From assembly GCA_964035545.1 (NCBI GenBank), contig OZ037767.1:3111680-3175679 (forward strand): 64,000 bases of DNA. The letters are read 5' to 3'. This document shows positions 24,024-35,900 of this stretch, one piece after another. The position numbers and the translations under genes were made by a program. How positions within the stretch are numbered: the stretch's first letter is position 1; each line of letters starts with the position of its first letter. The notes below the pieces were generated by a model. That model did not search any database. It was given only the letters and a program-made list of their open reading frames with translations, and was not told the origin of the DNA. The DNA comes from Bugula neritina (lineage: Eukaryota > Animalia > Bryozoa).

Positions 24024-26010
24024 ATGGGGCTAAATTTTACCAGCTTTTCTTTCATATTTCTTCTTTTAGGTAAAATTATATCTTTAATCAACAAATTTTC
24101 TACAAATTTTATTACAAGTACCAACAAGCTCATAGTATTCTTACTTCATACAATACACTATGTATAATAATATTAGACATGTATATATACAAGTATTTTA
24201 TATAATATGTAATATACTACATATATAGGTGTGTGTTTTAAGGGGGGGAATAGAAGTTTCTAATCTTTGGTAAGTATTATGCTTAGAACTGAGACTATAG
24301 ACCTTAAAAAGAACTACACTTAGGTACCTATTTTTCTCTTTCAATTTAAATAATATAACTGTGTATGTTATAAAAACATTTAAACAGATGTATAGTTATA
24401 AGTTCATGTGTCACACTATACAACCTTTGTGCAGCTTTTAAAAAACTAATATATTCTTAGGGTGGGCGGTAGCTACCCCCTGCCCGGCAGAGTATCCAGA
24501 GCAGTTTGGTGACTCATGCTTTTCTGTGAGAGGCTCAGAGTTGGTGCAGCCTCTGGAAGCTATGATTAGCTGTAATGGAATGGGAGCCTCCTTGGCACAC
24601 ATTCCAAACTTCAGTGTTCAGGCAGCTAAGAACTTTGCTGAAAGACTTGTTGGAGATTACAATTTGAGTGAGTTGAAAACTTTACCCAGCCTTCCATTTA
24701 AAGTAGCATGATTTCTAATTACATGGTGACATTATTAGGTTGTTAAGATGATCTTTAGAATATCTATTGTGCTTTATATAAATATGTATGGTAGTTTTCC
24801 CACTTGTGGCGTATGTATTAAGCATTAAAACCTTTTCTTCTAACATTTGCTCAATATGTGGGAGGGAGGGGATTAACATAACAATAAACAATTAATTAAA
24901 AAGTGAATAGCATTTAAAAGAATTTTCAGTTTACAGTTATTTTGTGATTACAAAATTTGCGCATTTAAATCTCAAATTAAACCATTATAATACAGTTATA
25001 ATAGAGATGTAGCTACTACAGTATATCTGTTACAGCTGATGCCTACATCGGCTTGCTCTCTGTTGGAAGAGGTGATGACTTCTACTGGACTGCTAGCTCT
25101 GAGACCATATTGAATGAACAGCTGAACCTGGGCTACAACGTCACTGAGCAATGTCTTTTTTCTATCAGCAACAGTAAATACAACTACTAAAACAATAAGA
25201 TTAAAGTAACATACTAAGAAAAGGCTCTGTTTTAAAGTTCATTCCATTAGAATCTTTCTATAACACTATACAGCTTTCAAATTAATAAAATCAATTTATA
25301 GGAAAATATCTATAATAATGTTGAGAGTCAAATATCCATGATTATAAGTAAAAAGTGCAGTAGTATATAATAATAGACTTCATACAATTACTGCCAGTTA
25401 GTATATCAAACAGGATGTACCAGTGAATAAATTTCTGTCAATATAACAGAGAGTTGAAGATCGTTTATCTATGCACCTTATGAAACCCAATAATTACCAA
25501 ACAAATGCATCTAAAATTTAAAGTAAGTAAATATAGCATTAAGATTTTGTATAAGCTTTTGACTCTTATTTGATAGGTGGAGAGCTCATCTGCCACGCTA
25601 CCAACAACCTGGCTGCTCCACGTAAACCATACATATGTGAGATAAATATTCCACCGACAGTCAACGCGAGCACATCCACTGTAGCATCTACATCGACTAC
25701 TGAGACTACCATCAGCTATTCTCAAACCACAAGTAATGCCACCCAAGAGCTGAAGAAATGTCGTCCCACATGGTACAAGTATCTCGCTACAGCTATAAAC
25801 CAACAGCAGCTACACCTGCACCAGGATTTCCTGGAGCACAAGGACCTGCTGGTCTACAGTGAATGTCTACTATATTGTTCAACTAATCCAACTTGCAGAA
25901 AGGTGGTGGTATTTGACCAAACGTCATGCTATTTTCTTTCAGATGGTCCGTTGCCAAATCTAGAAGCTTCACTCCCGGGGACACTGGGAGTTGTCTACAC
26001 TAAATATTAA
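24024..26010 (+). CDS. Lectin-mucin-PAN gene E (exons 24024-24069, 24461-24667, 25036-25173, 25577-26010; 274 aa)
   Basis: Phase-1 GT-AG introns give an open 825-nt CDS: MGLNFTSFSFIFLLLGWAVATPC signal, CTLD (SCF..AMISCNGMGASLAHI..YIGL..FYW..QC..YICE), short stalk, PAN-like domain (ECLLYCSTNPTCRK..SCYFL). Confidence 0.9.
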
Positions 26011-26917
26011 AGAAGTAATCAACAGGTTACTAATAAGATTCTGCAAAAGTTGCTATTTTCTATACCCCATTCAACATTTATACACTTGCAGCAAAATACT
26101 TTGCACTTTCTTTTTGAATATTTTATTTTTTTTAATACACACACCTGCACTGACATGTCAAGCTAGGCTATGGCACCTCAAATCTAGTCTACTTTTCTAA
26201 CAGCTAAGAGTAGATGTGAGTAACGTTAGGTAACATATCAGGTTTCTTGTTTGTTCACATTGTATCTTATGTGTAAAAATGTGCATTATTTTATTGATGA
26301 AGTTTTTAAAGTTATTCATATTACTTATATTATTATATAAATTAATGTTGTATGAATTAATATATACTTCTTAACTATTTTTTTGAAAGTATTTTTGTGA
26401 AATAGTTGTGTATCCATAAAAAATTATGTGTAATACGTATACGGATTTTTTTATTATTGCCTTTCCTTCGATAGACATCAACCAATTAAGTAGAATTGTA
26501 ATCACTATGATATAGATAGCTAACAGCCTTTGCACTCAGTTGATGTTAATATTCAAAATCACTCCAACAAGTAAACTAATGCAGCACAAGTGAGTGAAAA
26601 AGCTATATTTTTCCCTTCTTTGAGATTGTCAAATTTAAAAAGTGCTAGAACAGACTAAAACTGAATTGGTGTGGTATAGCTTTTAAATTTATTCCATACA
26701 CTGATGAACATACAAAACAAGAATACGGAATATTAAAATGATTAACAAAATAACGAAAAGTCACCATAAGAAATAGTTGTAAAATTGAGGACTAAGAAAG
26801 AGACAGTGAGTGTGACTGTGACAAATGGTAAAGAGTCAAGAGAACGTTAATAAATAATCAGTTCAATAGTTACTATGGCGATTACGTAAATAATCAGTGA
26901 AATAGATCAGGCAGTGT

Positions 26918-29900
26918 TCATGAGATGTCTTCTTCAACTTCGAGATTCTCCAGAATTGAGAGAACCGCTCCAATGGTGTCAAGGACATTTTCTACCATCT
27001 CAATCTTTCGCTTCATCTTATTTATAGCTTCGTTATTTGCTACGCATAAAAGTATGTGCACCATTATTATGGAGGTTAAACATGCTGTTAAATAGATGAA
27101 GATATACAAGCTATATGACATGACAATACAATTTGGTGCAATATTTTGATAGATCATACAGTAGAAATTTGGCACATTTAAAAGGAAATGTTTATTGGCT
27201 ACAGTTTGGAACCCGTATGAAAACTGTCTTTCGGTATATAGGGTGTATTATTAAGCCAGCCATATCAATCGAAGGCTGGATAGCAAGTCGATAAGAGCCT
27301 TAATTCACTCTACATCCTTTACATAGTTTAGATAAGTCAAACATATTTCATAATTTTATTTTTTACCTGCATCATAATTGATAGTATAGCAGATTAGGCA
27401 AGGAGCACTTTACCCTGTTATGCATTCAATCAAATTAAATAATTTTTAGTAATTAAAAAATCCGGCAGAAAATATTCTACAGAGTTGAATTAACACAACC
27501 ACCTGACAAGACAACTAAACCAACATGGCAATGGTATTCACACTCAACAAAGGTCAAGGATTATCTGAGTAAGACTCACCGGCATCAACACTCGGTAGAG
27601 GTGACTCGGCCGCACCCGAGCTGCCAACGACCTTTGACTCTCGAGCCAACTGGTTCTTTGAACTTCCACTAGCAGCTGATTGGCCAACAAGCGACTGATT
27701 AGAAGACGATTGGCTGGTGGAGGGTTCGTCACTCATTGGTAATGATACCTCTGCGCTCTCTTCAGGCTGAGCAGTGGTTCTAACAGAACAGGTCAAAAAT
27801 GTAACCAAACTTGAAGTCTAACTACAATCCTACTTAGTTGTGACACAAACTGGCCTGGATTAAAACCCACCAAACAAGGTAACTATAAACTGCATTAAAC
27901 CCTTGAACCTGTTCATGAGCTTGAATCCGGGCATATAAATTCACCAACAACAATATTCAAGAATAAAAAACTTGTTACAGAACTAAATCTTCGCCTCGAG
28001 TTGCTACTTACTTTACAGGAGAAGATTGGTGTGACTTCTTAGCAGGAGCTTTTCCTTTGTTTATGCTGGCTGGTCGGCTCTGGCCCTTGCTGGTAGCAGA
28101 CGAACTGTTATCAGCAGACGAACTGTTATCAGCAGACGAACTGTTATCCGCAGAAGAACTGTTATCTGCATGATACTCTATCTTCACAGAGGGAGTGGGT
28201 TCTGCAGAATAAACACACATTCATTACACATACAACATCAAGTGCAAGCAAACCACGCCGGGTCTGCAGCTATTCATAAAGCTATTTTCAGAAATAATGA
28301 AACCAAGTTTCATATGTTCAACTCTAGAAAGAACCGACACGGAGGCAATACACACCGACAACGTCCTCTGAGCTTGTTGAGGGTAACGCCAACTTCCTCT
28401 TCTTAGTGAGAGGTTCTGATTCCGGCACTTTCTGACTGTCCTGTACTCTAGCTGTCAGCATCGTCAGCGTGTCACTGATGTGTTTGTGCAGCCTAGACTT
28501 GTACTCCATACACAGACTCTTCAGAGTGGTGAAGGTTGCAGCAACGTAGGGGTCATACTCCGTCGGCGGCTGTGATTGGTAGATTAGTAGCAGGGCTCTC
28601 AGATCCTGTAAATCATACACAAAATGTTAAAACCTTGTACTACGCTTAGAGAACTGTGTAGCTTTCATATTAATACTAGATATAGTAAACACAATCGGTA
28701 AAATTTTGCAATTTTGTCTAGGTTGTAGAACAATTTTGATTTCAATAAAATAATTGCGTTTGTTATAAAATCTAAACTAAAACTAAGAAGCAGAGCAACT
28801 CAAACATTTACAAAGTGAACGTACAGCGTGGGATCTATGAATAACACCGTGTAGAGTGCTGGAGGGAGATTGGATGACAGCCATTCGAACAAACGAGTGA
28901 ATGCTCTGAATTATAGAATTTATGAGATTAAGTCCTTCAGAACCTGAGTCTTCACATAGCACCAGCTGTTGAACTTGATCTGGCTGGAGCTGCAAAAACA
29001 GTAGCAGACGTATATCAACAGCAGAAGTATAGTTATAGCAAAGGTATAGTAACAGCAGACGTATAGTAGTAGCAGAAGTTTAGTAACAATAGTTGTTAAC
29101 ATAAACAAAATATGAACTATTAAAGACAAGTATTGGAAAGCTGAAAAGTCAAAAGTACCGGAGTTCAGTTTATCAGGTCAAGAAAAGACGAACCTTTTTG
29201 AAGTAGTTAGTGAAAAACATGTAGATGTGTTGGTTGCTTAGACAGCTCCTGTCGTCGTGAAGAATTCCCTCCATGTAGTCTATGAGGTAATTACTCTGAC
29301 ACAGCCGCTCCACTAACAACTTATCTGATTGGCCAGTTCTCTGAGCCTGATATATCTCAGTCCACAACTTAGCAAAGTATGGGAAGTGTAAGGGTATACC
29401 CTCATATGCAACTAAGGCACCTATAACAAGAACAAAGGCTAATAAATGAAGAGCTATGCAACAATCCCACCTAAATACTGTAATACTAACTGTATAGTAA
29501 AGGAACTTAGGCAATTCTTACAAGGCATATAGTGTAGAGCATTAGTTATATACAGCAGTCTTATTATCCAAAGAAATAATCATATATCTTTCATTTGACT
29601 TTTTAACAGTTACTCTAACATAGTCCAAAGGTCATGAACCATTAGTTTAATTTGTAAATATAAAAACACACAATAATTTCATAAGCTCCGCATACACTAT
29701 TGTCTGTTTCCACATTGTACAGAACATCTCACTAGATTTCACTTACTGAGACTAAGAAGTTCATCGGTCAGACAATTCTTGTTCACTGCAAGTCGTACCA
29801 TGAAATCCACAAACAGGTGGTAAGGTGCATAGAACTCCTGTAGGGCATGGTCGTATACACTATCATGTCCCTGTAATACAAGCAGTGTAATGTGTATTAT

Positions 29901-32900
29901 TGTTATATATCATGATCATATACAATATCGTGTCCCCGTAATACATCACTGATGCTATATTTTGCTACATGCAAACCAAAAAAGGCTTGTATAATATAAA
30001 AAAAATCTCTACTGAATAAAACAGAAGATAAAACTATTACACCTGTAGATATATTACACCCGTATATACATTACACCTGTAGATATATTACACCTGTAGA
30101 TACATTACACCTGTAGACATATTACACCTGTAGATATATTACACCTGTGGACATATTACAGCTGGAAATATATTATACCAGTAGATATATCTCACATGTA
30201 AATATACTACACTTGTAGATATGACTCACAGCTAAGAGACCCACCTTGTTAGCCTCCACCACGCTGGGGTGGAGGAACATGCCGAACTGAGGGTGAGGGG
30301 GTCTGATGCTGATCTTAGATGCCTGCAGACGTTTGACACTGGACCGAGTCGGGAAGTACGGCCCCTCCAGACAGCAGTGTGAGTTGGGTGACTCCAATCC
30401 CTGGAACAAGACGTGCTGGGCCAGTAACTGAGGGGCTATTTGACTGATGGCACACTCCGGCACGAGTAACGTCAGCTTCTTCAATACGTCTGCAGAAAAA
30501 AAGACAGTAGAATAAAGATCTCCCTTCTCAGTGAAATACGGCAGACCTTTTTGTTGGTTACTAAGTAAAGCGGAGATTCTTCAACCATAACTTGACCAAA
30601 ACATGTTGTAGCCTGAAAACCTAAACTTCCCTTTTACTATTGCCTCATTTTTACACACAATTACCACATTACATAGCATAGACATCTTTCATACTAATAG
30701 AGATATCCTAGCTGTTTAGATGCATACAATACACTGCAGCTAAGAAAGTTGACACTGTAAATATACATTTTTAGACTATTGCATTCTCGAGATTTAGTAA
30801 CTTTATGTTTCGACAGACAATAAAAAACTACGCTATAATCTATTAGCATAGGGGCCGAGTAGAAACACCCCAACCCAACACTGACCACAAAGGAACGACT
30901 GCTATACAGTCAGAAGCAGAAGGCATACCGAGGCAGTGGAGTCGGACTTCAGACGGGGAGTAGGAGTTGAGCAGAGTAAGACAATTCTTAATGAGAAACG
31001 TCTTCTCCCAGGCATTCAGCACGTTGAACAAGGTTATTGTTCTCTCGGTTCCGTCAAACAGCGTCACGGCTAAAAATAAACATTAGATATTAAATGATTT
31101 TCCCAATTATAAGTGATGAACCAGAACTAGACAAGCACACAGCATCAACAGAGGGTAAGAGACTGGAAGAATGTCACCGAGACACCAGAATGTAGCCTCT
31201 CACCTTCGTTGCCGTCCTCTACCTTGCTCAGAGCTACTGTGAGTAGAGATATGATGAGGGAGAGACAATCACTCATGTCTGTCAGCACGTGACACGCTGT
31301 CGCCTCGTGGTACATGCCGTGTATGAAACCAAAGGCTTCAGAGAGCATGGTGAGACCCGACATGAGCACCCAGGTGTACCTGTCTTCATCTGTCACCAGC
31401 ACTATCTTCAGTACACTACAGTAACGTACACAGTATACTACAGTACACCATAGGAATATACACTACACATACAGTACACTACAGTAACATACACAGTAAC
31501 TACAGTACACCATAGTAGTATACACTACATATACAGTACACTACAGTAACGTACACAGTATACTACAGTACACCATAGTAGTATACACTACACATACAGT
31601 ACACTACAGTAGCATACACAGTAACTACAGTACACCACAGTAACATACACAGCATCTACACCATAGCAGTATACACTACACATACAGTACACTACAATAG
31701 GATACACGGTAACTTACGTAATGATGGTCTGCCAATCAGATCTGGAGTTGAGACTTTGCTGGTGCATATACATGACTTTCCTCTTGAACAGAGTGACAGC
31801 CTGTTTCTCCTCAGGTGAGCTGTCAGGGTGGGTGGTCGACATCATCTCCAGAATGTTCAGCAACTGGCTGACGGCCTAAAGTCATCAGCAAATATAATCC
31901 TGACATTATTGCTAGTATATATACCATGTAATATATAGTATATATATTGTATAATTTATACTAATAATTATACTGCATATACAAATAATCGTTATGTATA
32001 TTTTGTAATAATAATCACAGTATATTATAGCAAAAATAAATAACGGAAAATGTCAATAAATCTCATCTAGTGAAAATACTGTAGTACAGTAATACTCTGT
32101 TTACACTACAACAGAATATATAATATATCATACTATGTACTACTGTCATATGACACAGTATATATTATGTAAGCTTAGCCTACTAATTACCAGGACGTAT
32201 TGGTTGGGGTAGGGGAGGATGTGCTGAAAGGCCCACATCATATTCTGGTGCTGTGCCAAGTGTCTGGTGAAAGAGCGCGACTTCTTGCAGCAGGCAGCGA
32301 GGATGCCGTAGTAGGCCGGCAGCATGCTACGGTTGTAGGACACGACCTCCTGGTCATCGTGGTCAGCTCTGAAACAGTTCCACCATCTTGATGAACACAA
32401 ATATCTCAACTGCATTATTTTATAGGGCTTTAGGAAAAAACTTTAAAACAAATCTTTGATCGGAAAAATTATCACACCAAGTTTGATTTATTGCACACTC
32501 ACTTTTCCATTAGAATTTTATGAAATAATAGTTACATGCACTTTGGAAAGAAACTTATTTGTTTCAACGAAGTATAGACATTTCTATCTGATGATGAGCT
32601 ACATTTGGGAGTTGTCGTCCACGTAGAAAATTCACACAAGTCTCATGAGATGAATTACTAGGAGACTATGCTAGAAACAAGAAGTCTAATCACGGAGGCA
32701 ACTCACAGGATGTAGTTGAAGCCGATGTTCTTTGTGACGGAGAGGTTAGAAGTGATGAGGTGAAGGTTGGGAGGACAGTCATGACAGGCATGGTACCAGA
32801 ACATGAGCAGAGCCAGCTTGTTCTGGTTCCTGCTGATCTGTGAGTCCGTCATCTTAGGCTGAAACATCTGCCACATGTGCGGGAAGTACGGCGAGAACTA

Positions 32901-35900
32901 TAACAGGAAGTAGTGTCGTGACTACCACCTGCTTTACCACCTGCCTTACCGGACCTTCACTCAGACGTAAGGTAAATGTATTCGCTGCACTATTTAATCA
33001 AATTGGCCAGTTACTATTCTGTTAATTCTATAATTGCTACATAAAAACCAATGTGTAAGTCAAAGCAGTGTTTAGCCATTGCTTAGCAACATGTGTACAT
33101 AGAAGGTCATCTAGCAGGTATGGTACAACTCTAGGTATACTAAATTGACTTAGAACAAGCATCTGCGACACAGGAAACAGTGTTTTGCCAAGGTACTATG
33201 TAAGGTTGAATAATAATCAAAGACAATCAAGTTGGCCATAACAGGTCTCAAACTTTCTATCATAACTGAAAAACATTCACCATCACTTCGTCGCACTCAC
33301 GGAGATTTCTTTGTACTCACCATGAGTTTCTCGTCCTTAGAGATGAGGCAGAGCCGAAGGAAGTTAAGGTAAGACACAAGCTGATTGGTGCTGTATTTAG
33401 TGAAGTCAGCGTACTTCTTAGCTCCCGGCATCAGCTCCAGCAGGTAGTTGTAGATGTCGTGCAGCACGGAGATGGCCTCTGGTGACATCTACAGGATACA
33501 GTGCATTGTGGGATATTACGGTGTACAGGATACAGTGCATTGTGGGATGCTACGGTGTACAGGATACAGTGTATTGTGGGATATTATAACGTACAGGATA
33601 CAGTGCATTGTGGGATGTTACGGTGTACAGGATACAGTGCATTGTGGGATGTTATGGTGTACAGAATACAATGCATTGTGGGATATTGTGGTGTACAGGA
33701 TACAGTGCATTGTGATGTATTGTCAGTTCTTTCACTGACAGGTGCTGTCTGCTGACGCAATGCTGCCAGCAACACTGACCTGTGACTTGACTTGAGTAGA
33801 TCCGTTAATAGCATCGGCTTGCAGAGCGCGGGCGTAGTGCTTGAAGGCGTGACCGGGTACAAGGGAGACGAGAAGCATCATAGCCCAGGCTCTGACTTTG
33901 TGTAGCTTGTGTGCGAGGAGGTACTTCTCTACCCAGTGATTCAGACTCTCCAACACGAAATCGTTGGCTACGGAGTTGTGGCACACCAAGTTGGACATCC
34001 ACTCCAAGAACTGCTGAGGCTTTCTCTCGCATGCCTACATATCCCAACACAATTTACCTCTTGATTCAAAGAAACATATCAGTGTGCACCTTGAAAACTC
34101 ATGACGTCAAAAAGGCTTTTTATGTGAATATTTTGAGTTACAAAAAGCAGTGAAAGGTGTCGAGTTGCGTGAATTATACGAAACTGCAGGCTAAGAAAAA
34201 TGTCAGATAAGCTCGCGTCTGCAGAGACATGTCATCATATTGACATGTATGACGTTTGTTGTTGTTATGTTGTTTATTAGAGAAGACTTACGGCCCAGAA
34301 ACTGGAGAGGATAATTTCTGTGAACTTGGGTAGTCCTGAGGGGTTGTTCACCAGCTCTGTGGTCATGGTGAGAACTTGGAGGAAAGTCTGTGGAGTTATA
34401 CAGATTGTGTGTATTGCAAAGAGTATACAGTATTTTATACGGATTATAAAGTACTTTACAAAGAGTATACAGTACTTTACAAAGAGTATACAGTACCTTA
34501 CAGAGAGTATACAATACTTTATAAGGTTTTTAAAGTACCCCATTGAGTATAATTTACAAAAACATAAAATGACCAAAAAATATATAGAACTTTACAGAGC
34601 ACCTATATATGACACTATCAGATAATGCCTATTTCGTGCACTTACTCCCTCTCTTCTAATAAAGTAAGTTAAACCCTGCATATACCAGCAAGCTAACTAT
34701 CCTACATACACACCTGGCTAGCTAGGGGGCTCCTTGCGCGCACCGCATTGTTGAGTATAATCGAGACTATGGCAGTAGCCAGCTCCTCGTTGTTCCGACT
34801 CAGAGAGAATATAAGTTTACAGGTCTGTTTAGGGTTTATACAGTCTTTGATCTGATTTACAAGAAACTTCATTCCCTGAAAAAGCACAATCAATTTCCAT
34901 CCCTCTTTGGTACAATGGCAAGAAAAAAATAACTCAACAACCACATTACTCCTTTTAATATAAGGACTGATAGCTATTGGTTAATGCAAAAAAAACCAGC
35001 AGACTATTACATTATAGCCACATCAGTTACGAAAGCTTCACTGAATCATGTCATATGCCCTTTGTTTAACTCTTGGTACTTCAACTAATAGAATGTTGTA
35101 ACTGCACACCATAGAATACTACACGTACGTTGAGATACATTATCAGAGCAAATAACAGAAATCTGTAGACTGCATGAAGCCACCTTTCTTTAAATCTGGT
35201 ATTGCTAGTCTTGTCTTAATAAATATTACTGATTTTATATATTATACTAATTAGCTTAACCGAAGAATGAGTATTTTATCAAACTTCAACTAGCTGGAAA
35301 GACTATGCATAGTACACGAGGTCAGTATAATGAAGCTACACAAGAAGCCTGGATGTAGACGCATCTACACACAAAGGAAGTGATGAACTCACTTTTCCAC
35401 CAATGAGAAGCTCCATATCCCCACCACTCAGCACCAGCTGTTGATCCACACGAGAACTCTCCACCAACATGGCTACCAGGTGAACCATCTTCTCCAGAGA
35501 CGTCACTTTGAACCGCTCCTCCACCAGAGCGGTGAGAGCCTCGTCTTCGTCTTCCTCACTCGACCCACCGGACTACAAGCGCAGTAAGCGATGATGTCAC
35601 ACCACAAAACACTGACATAATCACCATGCATTGCAGCATTAGTAAAATGACACTTCAAACCAGTAAATAGTGTTACACTGATTACAAATTGTGTCACATA
35701 AGTCAACTACGAAGTCACATTACTCAACAAGGTCAACAATGGTGTCACATGAGTCAACTATGGTGTCACATGAGTCAACTAAGGTGTCACTTGAGCCCAA
35801 GATATTGTCACAAAAGAGTCACCAGAAGTTTTAGCTAACAAGGGCAGGGCACGCTCAGTACCGTGTGTGTGTGTGTGTTTAAATCACCCAACAGCTCACT

